From NCBI RefSeq assembly GCF_009914755.1, contig NC_060945.1: a DNA stretch of 64,000 nt, one strand, 5' to 3'. Positions 46,225-60,713 of this stretch are shown here, in pieces (within the stretch, counting starts at the first letter, position 1; each line of letters starts with the position of its first letter). A program made the translations under genes and the position numbers. Origin of the DNA: the human T2T-CHM13v2.0 reference genome, Homo sapiens. Below the pieces are notes generated by a model. It was given only the letters and a program-made list of their open reading frames with translations, did not search any database and had not been told where the DNA came from.

Positions 46225-46550
46225 TAAAAATATTTATTAAACATCTATACAACAAGAGACAACTCTAACTTCTGTGAATACAACTTGTGAAAAAGCAGAC
46301 TCATTCCTTTCTATCAGGAAACTTTTATTCTGGCAGGAACCACATTTTAATTTAAAAAAATCAAATGATAAATAATTTTTATAAATGTTATGTAAAATAA
46401 ATAATTTACCTACTCATATTTATGTAAGCAAGTTGTGAAGAACTAAAGCATAAGGAAGAGTAGGAATTAACTAGCTCGTGTGTGTCTGGTGGGGTGTGTG
46501 GAAGATGGTTCTTCAGGCAGAGGGAATGGACTGTGTAAAAGGCTTTGTTA
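46225..46550 (-). mobile_element. L2 3' remnant
   Basis: aaatatttattaaacatctat...caggcagagggaatggactgtgtaaaaggc. Confidence 0.5.
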
Positions 46551-48069
46551 TAAGAGAAAGTAAGATTTGATACAAAAACTGAAGAAATATGTATGAAATA
46601 TCAATTGTATTTTCTGAATAACAGTGACAAAACAAACCAAAACAATACTCCCGGTTTTCAGCCCAGCATGCAAAGAGATTAAAAGTTGCCACTCTCTCCT
46701 AACAAACCAAAAGCTAAACAAACTGAAATCAACAATTCTTAGATTCATAAGAAAAATGTGGTGTTAGTGCAAACTACCGTCCTGAAAATTGAAGAGGCAG
46801 AGAGGCAGATGCAGAAAATCACAACTTATCAGAGCAGAAACCTGTAAGCAGAAACGTCTGTGAGAACCAGTTCAGGAATAGGAAAAAAATGTAAAATGTT
46901 ATTGATGAATTGGTAGAGGCTCGATGTGGACAAATCTGTGAGTTGAAAACTCCAGGATGACTTAGTCATAGGAGGTCCTATACTTCTGAGAATTTTACCT
47001 TCAGGAGCTTAACCTAGTTGTTACAATGATTATTGGAGAAGTATCTCCTTATGTTTCTGGAAATAGAAGGGGGAAGTAACTACATTAAAATATATCAGAC
47101 CATTCTGTTCTTAACAAAGTCTACTCTCAGAAGAAACTGTTTAACCAGAGCCTAACATGGGGTTTTTAACAGAGCCTAACTGACCCGGAGAATGGAAATA
47201 GCCAACACCACCCGGCTCTATGTTTCCCCCTGGAAATCCCCAACTCCAGTCCACTCTATTCATTCTGTCCCACCAAGGCTGTGGGAGGATCTGAGAAATG
47301 CTTGTGAAGTTTACAGCCAGAATCACGGACTCACTAAAGGACTGAGACCTAATCATGGGATGATAGTCTCTTCTTCTGCCCCACACATTACCTCCAAATT
47401 ACTAAAGGCCTATTGATTATATTTACCCCTACTCAGTATGTTATGTCCAGCTGTCAGGAAAAAAATTACAAGGAGTACTGAACAGCAAAAAACACAGTTT
47501 GAAGAGAGAGGCAGCATTAGAACCAGATTTAGATATGATGGCGATGTTGGAATTATCAGACTAGGAATTTAAAATATCGATGAGTAACATGCTAAGAACT
47601 CTAACAGGTAAGGTAGACAATAAGCAATAACAGATGTGCAATGTATGCAAGCACAGAGATGAAGATTCTAGAAAAGAGGAATGTCTTTGATAGGCTTATT
47701 AGAATAGAAACAGCTGAAGAAAGAATCTCTGAGCTTGAAGGTATCTCAGCAGAAACTGCCAAAATGGAAAGGCAAAGAGGAAATAAGAAAAAAAAAGACT
47801 CAAACAAACAAATAAACTAACAAAAGAAACAGAACATAATATCCAAGAACCATGGAGTAAATACAGTTATAATATGTGCATATTGGTCATATTAAAAAAC
47901 AAAGACAGGGAGAAATAAACAGAAGAAATATTTGAAGCAATAATGACAGAATTTCACCAAATTAATGTCAGGCACCATACCATAGATCCAGAAAATTCAA
48001 ATGTGTAAATTCAAACATGTAAAAAGAAAATGCCCACATATATACATCATATTCAAACTGCAGAAAATT

Positions 48070-48390
48070 AATGTGTATATATCAATATATAAATATAGAT
48101 ATAAATATATTATTCATATTCATATATATGAATGAATAGTATATATATTTTATATATGAATCCATATACATGAATAAGAATATATATGAATACTATATTT
48201 ATATATAAATATGAATATATATGAATGAATACTATATATATGAATATGAATATATATGAATGAATGCTATATATATGAATATGATTATATATGAATGACT
48301 ATTATATTTATGAAGATGAATATATATGAATACTATATTTATATATAAATATGATTATATATGAATGAATGATATATTTATACATATATA
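48070..48390. repeat. (ATATGA/ATAT)n low-complexity microsatellite inside L1MC
   Basis: Repeated tatatatgaat/gaat units. Confidence 0.85.
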
Positions 48391-48690
48391 TTCCTTATCT
48401 ATATAGAATACTGAAAGGAGCAAGAGAGCCAGAGGTAAAAACGCCCTTACTGATGGAGGAAAAATAAGTTTTACATCTGATTTTTCTGCAGAAGCCATAA
48501 AACAAGAAGAGAGTGAAGTATTTTTAGTGTTGAGAGAGAAAACCCCGCTAGTATAGAATTCTGTCTCTGTGAAATGTGAAATTATCCTTCACATGTGCAG
48601 CAGAAAGAATATCCTTTCTCAGACAAACAAAAATAGAGGGTATTTTTTGCCAATAGATCTGACTTGCAAGAAATGCTTGAACAAGTTCTT

Positions 48691-49005
48691 TTTTTCTTTT
48701 TCTTTTTCTTTTTCTTTTTTTTTTTTTTTTGAGACAGAGTTTTACTCTGTTGCCCGGTCTGGAGTGCAGTGGTGTGATCTCGGCCCACTTTGACCTTTCC
48801 CTTCTGAGATTCAAGCAATTCTCCTGCCTCAGACTCCTGAGTAACTGGGATTACAGGCGTGTGCCACCACGCCTGGCTAATTTTTGTATTTTTAGTAGAG
48901 GCGGGGTTTCGCCATGCTGGCCAGGCGTGTCTGAAACTCCTGACCTCCAACCACCTCGGCCTCCCAAAGTGCTGGGATTTCAGGCGTGAGCCACTGTGCC
49001 TGGCC
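48691..49005 (-). mobile_element. AluS, antisense, nested in L1MC
   Basis: (TTTTTC)n/T tail; TSD tgaacaagttctt (48678-48690 / 49007-49019). Confidence 0.92.
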
Positions 49006-49058
49006 CTGAACAAGTTCTTCAGAGCAGAAAAATGCTTTAAACTAGAAACTCAGGTCTC

Positions 49059-49553
49059 CAAATCATTTGATCATTTTTAAATTGGACTTGTTTATGTTTT
49101 GTTGTTGTTATTTGTTGTTGTTTGTTGTTTTGCTATTGAATTGAGTTCCTTAATATATCCTGGTTATTAATTCCTTGTTAATTGAATAGTTTGCAAATAT
49201 TTTTTCCTATTCTGCAAGTTGTCTCTTCACTTTACTGATGGTTTCCCTTGCTGTTCAGATCCTTTTAAGCTTGATGCGATCCCATCTGTCCATTTTTTGT
49301 TTTGGTTGCCTGTGCTCTTGAGGTCTTACTCAAGAAATCTTTGCCCAGACCAATGTCCTGAAGAATTTCCCCAACTTTTTCTTCTAGTAGTTTCACGGGT
49401 TCAGATCTTAGACTTAAGTCTCTAATCAATTTTGATTTGATTTTTGTGTATGGTGAGAGATAGGGGTCTGGTTTTATGCTTCTGCATATGGATATCTATC
49501 TAGTTTGCCCAGCATGGTTTATTGAAGAGGCTGTCCTTTCCCTAATATATGTT
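49059..49553 (-). mobile_element. Internal L1 (L1MA/PB-like) ORF2 fragment inserted antisense in the L1MC
   Basis: Minus-strand L1 text (catttttaaattgg...tatggtgagagatagggg...attgaagaggctgtcctttccc) interrupting plus-strand L1MC. Confidence 0.8.
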
Positions 49554-50265
49554 TAAAGAAAGGAAATGCATCAGAGAAAGACTAAGTGAAGGTAAATTAA
49601 AAACTTTTACTTTTCTTATTCTTATTCATAAGATTATTGAAAATAATGGAAACAATGTATTGTATTATATTATGTGTATATACTACGTATAAGATAAATG
49701 AATGGTAACAATGATATAAGGGATGAAAGACTTAGAAATAACTTATCATAAAGAACTCTTGCTACCCATTAAGAAGTACAGTGTTATTTGAAAATTGACT
49801 TCATTCAGTTCATTGTAAATGTATATTGAAAATTCTTGAACAACAAATAAACAAGTTAAAGAAAGATAACTGATATACTAAGGAAAGAAAATTAAATCAT
49901 ATAAAATGCTCAATTGAAATAGCCAAAGACAGAAAAATAGTGAAAGACAAAAACTGAAATAAAGAATAAGGGCAACAAATAAAATAGTTACAAATATAGT
50001 ATATATTAATCTATTGTATCAGTAATTACCTGAAAATTATAATTATCTAAATAGCTCAATTGAAAGGTAGAGACTGTCAGAGTAAATAAAAAATAACGAG
50101 ACCCAACCAGATATTGTCCACACACACACACACACACAATAAGAATAATGACACGTGAATTAAAGATAAATAGATAGAAAAAGACATACTATGCTAACAT
50201 GAATCAAATGAAAGCAGGAATGGAAATATTGATGCCAGATGCAGTCAACTTCAGAGCAAGGAAAG

Positions 50266-50323
50266 TTATCAGGTTTCTAAACGGGTATTACCTATTATCA
50301 GGTTTCTAAACGGGTATTACCTA
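50266..50323 (+). repeat. Perfect 29-bp tandem duplication
   Basis: ttatcaggtttctaaacgggtattaccta occurs twice. Confidence 0.95.
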
Positions 50324-50516
50324 ATCATAATGGGGTCATTTCTCAAGGAAAATATAGTGATCTTTAACATGTATATGTTTAACAACAAAGCATAAAAATA
50401 TGTGAGGCAAAAATTAATACAACTTAATGAGAAATACAGGTGTCCACCTTTATAGCTGGAGACTTTAACGCTGCCCTATAAGGAACTCATTCAGCAAGCA
50501 GAAAAAAAAAAAAAAT

Positions 50517-50616
50517 GGAATACATGAACCCAGGAGGCAGAGGTTGCTGTGAGCTGAGATCGGGCAATTGCACTCCAGCCTATACAACAAGAGCGAAACT
50601 CTGTAACAAAAAAAAA
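50517..50616 (+). mobile_element. Alu right-arm fragment nested in L1MC
   Basis: gaacccaggaggcagaggttgctgtgagctgagatc ... gagcgaaactctgt followed by an A run. Confidence 0.8.
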
Positions 50617-53182
50617 GGGGGTGTGGGGGGAGAATACAAAGATAAAAAGAAAAAAAGTAAGAAAAAATGGGAAAATTTGGGAAAAAAGAGAAAAAAATAA
50701 AATCAGTAAGGACGTTGCTTAACCAATCAAGTTCAATCAACTATATATGTCATCTGTAGACGAATTAATCCAATAACAGCAGAATGCATACACTTCTCAA
50801 GCTTGCCTAGAATAGGCACCAAGATAGATCACACCCTAGGTCATATGACACACTTTAAAACATTTTATAAATAGGAATCATACTATGTCTGCTCTCATAC
50901 CACAATGGAATTATACTACAAATAAATAAAAGAAAGCTAGAAAATACTCCAAATGCTTGAAGATTAAACAATGTACATTTAAGTAACACATAGGTCCAAG
51001 AAAAAATCTCAAAAGAAATTTTTAAATATTTTAAACTAAATGAAAATGAAAACACAACAAATCAAAATTTGGGGGATGAAGTGAAACCAATGTTTAGAGG
51101 GAAATTTCCTTGAATACATATATTAGAATATAAGAAAGATTTAAAGTGAATTATCTAGACCTCTACCTCAGGAAACTGAGAAAAGAAGAGCAGATTAAGT
51201 TCAAAGTAAGCAGAAGAAAACAAATAATAAACATTGTAGAAGAAGTAAATGCATTTCAAAACAAAATCAATAGAGAAAATTAAAACTGAAAGCTGGTTCT
51301 TTTAAAAGATTAACGAAATTGCTAAGTCTATACCTAAGCTAACTCAGAAAAATAAAAGAAGACAGAGATAGAGAAAGAAAATACACAAGAATATCAGAAA
51401 TAAAGAAGGAATAACTACTATAGACAGCATTGTCATTCAAAGGATAATAAAGTAATACCATGAGCACCTTTATGCCAATAATTTGATAACCAAAGTGAAA
51501 TAGAGAAATTCCTCAAAAGGCGCAATCAGCTAAATGTCACAAAGGAAGAAGCAATCTGAACAGACCTTTATATCCATCAAACAAATTGAATTAATAATTT
51601 ATAGTCTCCCCAGACAGAAAGCACCAAGCCCAGACAAGTTCACTGGTGAATTCTACCAAACATTTAAACATTAAATTATATCAATTATCTACATGTTATT
51701 TCAAAAGATAGAAATAGAGAGAATACTTTCTCATTCTATGAAGCCAGCATTACTGAAATGCCAAAACCAGACAAAGATATGACAAGAAAACCACAGGCCA
51801 ATATCTTTCTAAACATAGATGCAAACACCATTTACAAAATATTAGCAAGTCAAATCCAACAATTTATAAATAAACTATATATCACACCCAAGTGGGATTT
51901 ATCCCAGGTATGCAAGTCTGGTTCAACGTTAAAAAATCAATGTAAATCCAACACTTCAAGATAATAAAGAAAAATAATCATAAAATCATATTAATATATA
52001 CATAAATTATTTCACAAAATTTGATACCCATTCATAATAAAAGCTTTCAATAACAATGAGGGGTGGACCTTCCTTAACTTAATAAAGGATATCTAAAAAA
52101 CTACAACTTACATCATTTTTTACATCTTAGTGAGTAACTAGAAGCTGTCCCCACTATATCCTCTCTCACTAATTCTTTTCAACAGTGTACTGGAAGAACT
52201 AGCGAAAGCCGTTAAGACAAAGAAAGGAAATAAAAGGCATATTGATTGGGAAGGAAGAAATAAAACTCTCTTTGTTTGCAGATGACATGATAGTCTATGA
52301 AAAAAGTCTGAAAAAACACCTGGGTATAGTCAATGATTATAGCAAGGTTGCAGGATAAAAGATTAATATGCAAAAATCAATTAATATGCAAAAATCAAAA
52401 GTATACCAGCAATAAACAAGTGAAATTTGAAGTTGAAACAAAATTATTATTTTAATTAGCACCCCGCAAAATTAAATACTCAGCCGTATAGCTAATAAAA
52501 TATGTACAAGATCTATATGAAGAAAACTATGTAACTTATGATAGAAAATAAAAGAAGAATGAAATAAATGGAGAGTTATTTCATGTTCATGGATAGAAAG
52601 ACTCAATATGGACAAGACATCAGCTCTTCCCAACTTGATCTGTAGAGTCAGTGTAATCCCAACAAAATCACAAGTCATTATATGAATATTGACAAATTGA
52701 TTCTAAAGTTTATTACATAGAGAGGCAAAAAGACCCACAATAACCAAAGTAATATTGAAAGTGTAAATGTGTAGGATTGACACTATCCAACTTCAATACT
52801 TACTATAAGCTACGATAAACAAGACTTTGTGATATTGGCCAAAGAGTAAACAAATAAATTAATGGAACCCAATAAAAACCTCAGAAATAGACCTACATAA
52901 ATATACTCAAGTAAACTGACATGTCACACATAGTTAAGGCAGTACTATGGTAAAAAGATGTTATTTTCAACAAATGGTACTGGAACAACTGTAATCCATA
53001 AGAAAAAATATATCTAGCCACAGACATTATGCACTTCATAAAAATTAACTCAAAATGTAATATTGACCTAAATATAAATCAAAAAATTATAAAACTACTA
53101 GAATAAAACATGGCAGATAATCTAGATGACCTTGGTTTTGGTAGTGAATTTTTGGATTCAACACCAAAAGCACAATCCATGA

Positions 53183-53428
<246 letters not shown>

Positions 53429-55741
53429 AGCTGGACTAGTATAAAATTAAAAATTTATGCTCTGCAAAAGACATTGTTAAGTGAATGAAAAGACGAATCA
53501 CGGAATGGGAGGAAATATTTGCAAAACACATAACTGACAAAGGACTATTATATGATGTATACAAATAATTCTTAAACTCTATATAATAAAAAGAAGAGCC
53601 CAATTAGAAAGTGGGCCAAAATACTTAATACATACCTAATTAAAGAACATATACAAATAGTAAATAAGCCTATGAAAAGACATTTCAAATCCTATGAATC
53701 AGGGAAATGAAAATTAAAATGAGCTACTGTACCACTGCAAGCCTATCGAAATGGTCAACATCTAGAACATTGACAACACCAAATGGTAGATGTGAAGCAA
53801 CAGGACATCTCATTCATTGCTGATGGAAATGCAGTGATACAATCACTGTGGAAGACAATTTAGCAGCTTCTCAAGAAAATAAATATACTCTTACCTTAAA
53901 ATTTATTATTTGAGCTCCTTAGTATTTACCCAAAGAAGTTGAAAGTGTATGTCTACACCAAAACCGCACACTGATGTTTTCAGAAGCTTGTTTCATAACT
54001 GCCAAAACTTGGAAGCAATTAAAACATCCTTCAGTAGGTAAATGAATAAACTGTGGTAGATCCCAGCAATGGGCTGTTATTCAGCACTAAAAAGGAAAGA
54101 GATAGCAAGCCACGAAGAGACATGGAGGAAACTTAGATGATTATTACTAAGTGAAATAAGCCAATTTTAAAAGACTACCTACTTTATAATTCCAACTATA
54201 TGACAAATATAGTTTTGCTTTGAGAAAAGCAAAAGACACTAAAAAGATCAGTGGTTGCACATGTTGGAAAGAAGGGAGGAATAAGTAAAGGGAGCCCAGA
54301 AGATTTGTGAGGCAGTAAAACTATTCTGTATGATAAAATAATTGTGAGAAAATGTCATGATAAACATTTTCAAACACATAGAATGTACAACCCCAAGAGT
54401 GAACCTTAATGTAAAGTATAAATTTGGGGTAATGATGTGTCAAGGTAGGTTCATTGATTGTAACAAATGCACCCCTCTGGTGGGAGATGTTGCTAATGGG
54501 GGAGGCTATGCGTGTGTGGGAGCAGGGGATACGTGGGAAATCTCTGTATCTCCCTCTCAATTTTGCTATGAAATTAAAACTGGTCTAAATTAAGTCTATA
54601 CAAATGGAATTTTAAAATTATTCTTTGTAGTTTATAATTGCTGGGCATCATAGCAGAATGTTTTCCTGATGTTAAAAAATTACAATGTATATGGTTAATA
54701 GTTTGTAACAGTGAATACCTGTACGTGGGAAAGTCAAAAGACTAAAAGAAAAAGAAAAACATTAATAAACAAGGTTTACCTTCTAGTAGACATATTCACA
54801 TGTGTGTCTGGAAATATTTATCATTACTCCATGACAACCACACATTTATCACCTGAAAGACTGGCTATTATACTGAATTACACTAATCTAAATAATAAGG
54901 AAGAAACAAGAAGAATCATAGATGTTGGGGAAAAGTGAATATACAGAATAAAATCTAAAAGAAATATAATTATATAACTTCAAATATTCCAGAAAAGAAG
55001 TTATATACTTCAGCACTTTATTTCTAAACCCTGGGAAACAAATGGCACACAGATTACAAAAAACGAGTGAAATTTTGCTGTTGTCTAATTGGCATATTTG
55101 AATCATTTTCATCCTTTCTATAATATGTAAAATGAAAATATCATGGTTGATTCATAAAAACACAGATGAATGAGGTCTTATTGGATGTTCAGTCCTAATC
55201 TCCTTTTCATTCATCCCCCCTTATGAAAGTATCATGACAGTAGGATCCAATGGTTATTGTGAGTGAAATATTACATGAATACCCGCTCCTCAATTTTAGC
55301 TATATACATGGGCCCAAACTTGAATCACAAGCAATTAATCAGAAAATCTGAGAAAGTAAAGAGAATATGAAGTCACATGATGATACCTCCTATCCAACGC
55401 AGGTATAAGGAACATGAAATTTTCAATATTAAATTTGTTTTGGGATGTGTTTTATTTGGATTATTTTTGCATATCCTTCCATTGCATTTAAGTTAAAATT
55501 ATTTGCAAGTAAGTTATTCTACATAGTAGAGTTAAACTTTCTATTAATTATGCATTCTGAAATAAAACATAGAATACATCAATATTTTAAAAACCTTACA
55601 GCCATATTTGTATTTTAAGGTAACCACAGTATACCCTTTTACTCTTCCCTTTTCTAAACTAATCATTCTCGAAGCTGTTTTCATGATTTATTAATTGCAT
55701 GAAATCCTTACATTCTGGCAGGGTGTGCTTATTAATTAATC

Positions 55742-56120
55742 AATAATATCACCTCTCATGATATACCAGATGACATCTGACAGGGGCAGAGTGCATGGAC
55801 ATTTACTGTCTTTAATGTGGAAACTCTCTCTCTCTCTGTGTTAATATTAATAAAACATAACATAGTATTAGTGTTTCTTTAAGTAACTAAATATTTTAGT
55901 TACAAAAGCAGTACCAACATATATAATTTATATTTAATAATATCACCTTTTATGATAGACTGGATGACATTTGACAGGGGCAGAATGCATTTAGACATTC
56001 ACAGTTTTAATGCAAAATCTCTCCCTCTCTGTTGATAAAACATAACATATATTAGCGTTTCCATAAGTAACCAAATATTTTAGTTTCAAAAGCAGTATCT
56101 ATATGTAATTTTATATTTAA
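55742..56120 (+). repeat. Diverged ~194-bp tandem duplication
   Basis: aataatatcacc...gatgacat.tgacaggggcaga.tgcat...aaatattttagtt.caaaagcagta at 55742 and 55936. Confidence 0.9.
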
Positions 56121-56140
56121 TTAAATAAAAATATATATAC

Positions 56141-56439
56141 TTTAAATAAAATTATATAATTTAATTTAATTTAATTATATATAATTTAATTTAATTTAAT
56201 TATATATGATTTAATTTAATTTAATTATATATGATTTAATTTAATTTAATTATATATGATTTAATTTAATTTAATTATATATATTTAATTTAATTTAATT
56301 ATATATATTTAATTTAAATTAATTATATATAATTTAATTTAATTATATATAATTTAATTTAATTATATATAATTAAATTATATATAATTAAATTAAAATA
56401 TAATTTGATTACATTAAATTATATATAATTTTATTTAAA
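56141..56439. repeat. AT-rich minisatellite with inverted termini (palindromic AT-rich repeat-like)
   Basis: Units of (TTTAA)n plus TATATA; left end tttaaataaaattatataatttaat is the reverse complement of right end attaaattata(ta)taattttatttaaa. Confidence 0.85.
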
Positions 56440-57795
56440 CACTCAAAAATCAAAGAAATGTAAAAAGTAGAAATCAAAGACCTTAATCAATACTGATCCT
56501 ATTTGCTGCCTCATACATAAGCATTAATATTTTTTTCCTTCCTTCCCAATAATTTTCCATGTGGTCTATAGTTTGTAAAAAATAATATCCTAGGATACAC
56601 ACACACTCACACACACAGATATTTCTATGTACTACATATATACATATATAAATTTTAGCAAATTTATGTCACATAGAAATGCAGCTGCAATAATGTTCCA
56701 TTTCAGCACATAAATCTCTTCCTCATTCTTTTCATAAATGAGTAGTATTCCATAGTGTTAGATATAATAATGTATTTCTCTGCTTCTTTATTGTTACACT
56801 TTAGAAGAAACTTTCAATATTTTTATAATGGACTGTTCTGTTTTGAATATCCATATATATAAATTTTGTAAATATACAGTAAGATACTAGATGTAGAATG
56901 GAAGGCCAAAACTGAAAAATTCTGGCAAATTGCCCACAGAAGTCTATTCCAATTCATGGCTGCAATAAAAGCAAAGAATGCATATTTCTCTACAACTTCT
57001 GACATATTAAATATCACCAATTTATTTTTTGACAATCTGGTAAGTAAAAGTTTTTATTTTGATGTTATTTAAGATTTGCATTTGTCTATTTAGGTTGAGT
57101 CTGAGCTTGTTTCTTTTTTTGGTTACTTTGTTTTAATTGTCTTTTAATATCTTTACACACTTTCATAGAGTTATTTAACCTTTTCTCTTACTTGTTGCTT
57201 ATATCATGTGCCCTATAATCATTTGATTTTGTATTACTTGCAAATATTTATTTATATGATGCTATTTATTACATGAAAGTTTATATTTTTATCTGCAAGT
57301 TTATGAATTTCATAAATTTTTTTCAGTGTTGACATTTTCATTTTTAAAAAATTTCTTAAAATTGAAAGTTTCAGTAATATATTTCCAAATGTAAATTCTC
57401 CATGCATGCCACGACAGTGATGCAGGTAACACTGATTGAGTGTGGCACATGCATCAGCTATTACAAGTAACCTACAGGAATTAGTTTGGCACTATTACCA
57501 TCTTTGTTTTATTAACTAAGAAATTCGAAGGATGGGGAGTTTTATGCAATGAGTTAGTGGGAGAGCCAGCTAATTTAGTTCTGATACACCTCCCTTTAAA
57601 CATTATGCTATGCTTGTTATTATTTCCTATTTAATAGTAAGTTCTAAAATATGGCAGGAATTTATATAATGTTAACCAGTCTATACATTGTGAAACTTAT
57701 CCACATTACATTTTGTGACTATTTTGACAAACAATTGCCTCATTTACTCTTTTTAATTCTACAGACAATATCAATAATGTTTCTGGTATTACTTA

Positions 57796-58068
<273 letters not shown>

Positions 58069-59319
58069 TTACAATGGATAGGAGATTCGACATGTAAATT
58101 ATGTGTGTTTCAAATATAGCCAACCAAGGTTAAGTAAAATATTCACTTGATAATACTTATGGTATTTATTATAATAAAAAAGTTAAAAATAACCTAAATG
58201 TTTGTCAGTTGGTAACTGGTTAAATATATGGTGGTACATACATACAACAGCATAGTATGCAGCATGAAAAAATAAAAGACAACTCTAAATATTCTTTTAT
58301 AGATTATAGCTAAAACTCAGTGTTAGTTCAAAAGGCTCAATTATATACAGTTAGTATATTATTTGTGTAAAAATAACTGTATGCATTTGATTCATATGTG
58401 CTGATATCTGTGTAGAATGTCTCTGGAAAAAAATTAATGTAATAAAAATTAAAATTAAAAAGGTCACCAAAAACAAAAATAAGAATTGTAAAGGCTACTA
58501 ACTAACCATTTTCTCTTGTTAATCTTGAATGTCCTTTCAGTAATATTTAATTATTTTTAATTTAAAGATATTTGTTTGCATATTAATTCTTAGTAAGAAA
58601 AAGAATTAAAATCAGAATTCACTAGTTCTGTCTTCTCTCTGCATTGTGCTTTAGTTCATCGTATATTTGTACCAATTGTTAATATAAGAAAATGTTTGAA
58701 TCATTTTCTTGCTAAGAATCATCAATAGCCACATTTCCACAAATAGTATACTCCTGTATGTCATCACAAACACTGGCATAATGCAGAATTTTTTAAAAGA
58801 ATCAATTGAAGAATAATGAAAACTAACACACAAACAGACCAAACAACATTAAGATCCAGTGGTGGTGGGCTCTTCATCCATCTTTACTTACTCTGTAGAT
58901 CTTACTTACTTGGGGCCCTTGATCAGATAATGTTGCTAAATCTGTGTGAATCACTGTCTCTTACAGACATCTGATTTTCAGAGCTAAAAAAGTTTATTCA
59001 CTTCTAGATTTCTTCTATTCTTATAAACACCCATTCTTCAAATTATGATGCATGTGTATGTGAGGTACCTACATACTCAGATAAGAGGAATGATATGGAA
59101 CTGTGATCTGATCAAAAGTGTTTTATATCCTTAGTGTTTTTTTCTATATAAGTCTCAGCATTTGTAGAGTCTGTTCAATCTTTGGACCATTGTAGATTTG
59201 TTGTTTGCTTGCTTTTTTTTTTTTTTTTTTTTTTTTGGTAATCCTAGTGTATATGCTTCCTAAGAGCAAATTTTAATATCCTATATCCACCATTATGATA
59301 AGAAACATAACAGTTTCCC

Positions 59320-59680
59320 TGCTCTGAATGTTCTAAATGTCCCACCCTTCCTCTAGTCCCTGGCAACTACAGACTTTATTATTGTCATTATGCATTTGTC
59401 ATTTCCGGAATGTCATATAGTTGGAATTAGAAAGTATTTAGTCGTTTCAAACTGCCTCAGTTGCCTTAGTAAATATATTTAAAGTTCTATATATTTTCAT
59501 GGTAGTTAGCTCATTTATTTTTTATTAGTAGTAATTTTCAGTTTTACCGATGGACCACAGCTTACTTACCCATTACCTACTATCCATTCACTTATTGAAA
59601 GACAAGTTGGTTACAATTTTTGGCAATTTATAAATAGTGTTACTGTAAACATTCATATGAAGACTGTTGAATGAATACAA
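59320..59680 (-). mobile_element. L1MC/MD 3'UTR fragment
   Basis: ccctggcaactac...ggaatgtcatatagttggaat...ctgtaaacattcat. Confidence 0.65.
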
Positions 59681-60593
59681 ATTGAAGTCCCCAACCCTTC
59701 TTTAGTTTTTTTTTTTTTTTTCTGTAACTATTTGAAATCTTTATTAGGAGTACCTCATGCCCAATTCTTCTGTCTCACTTTACTCCTTGTCATCACCAAA
59801 TAACTTCCTTGTTACTCTTTTTTTGGTTGTTGTTCAGTTGTGAGGCATGAAACATTATAATAAGTTTTCTAGTTTTCATCAATTGTGAAAAATTACATTC
59901 ACTGTTATATATTCAAAATTTGATAAAGACGACATTGGAGGATGAAGTTATAAATGAAAAGATATGCATATATGTTACAAAGATTATTTTATTTAAACTA
60001 TTTTCTTGAAAAACGTGAATAAGTTAGAAGTCCATAATCATTTTATAGTTAAGATCTTTCATACAAATGGGTAGACATATTTAAAAGAAGACAACACATA
60101 CAAATTTTGTCTTCTAAATTTTGAAATAAAAGCAACCCTTCTGAAGTATTTCAAATATTTTAAAATTTTAAAATGTTTTCTTTTTTATTATTTTAAAAAT
60201 GTTTTGAAATATTTTGATAGTTTCAAATGTGGCTAGTTAGAGGAAAGAAACCTACTTGATGCTGTACATTTTATTAACAAAATATTTTCATTTTTTTCAA
60301 AATAGAATATATACAGTAGGATTTTAAAATGTGTACCAATTTTGCAAAATAATTGATACAGTTTTGATGAGAAAATCTATCTAGAAAAAATGGAATTTCT
60401 TCCTTTTTTTCTGAGTGATAATATATGGTGAAACAAATTTAAATGGTAAAGCATTTCTCAGTGGTTTTCTTAAATTAACCAAGTTGGATTTATTTGGAGG
60501 AAGGTAGAATTGGGTGATTTTAAACTCTGTTTTTTTCCATAATGCATCCATTTTTAAATTACACAGGTGAGATGTTTCTCTTTATGTTTCTAG

Positions 60594-60713
60594 GAAAGAT
60601 GGATCAAAAGAACCAATAGTGGAGATGAGAACAGAGGATGAAAGAGTTACTAATCACGAAGATGGGAGCCCAGTAAATGAGCCAAATGAAACCACACCAC
60701 TGACAGAACCTGA
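60594..60713 (+). CDS. NCAM2: NCAM2 cytoplasmic exon (probably exon 17): (L)[39 protein letters not shown](E)
   Basis: Acceptor tatgtttctag|G, donor GA|gtatgt; 120 nt, phase 2 to 2; NCAM-family motifs KEPIVE and [12 protein letters not shown]. Confidence 0.96.
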
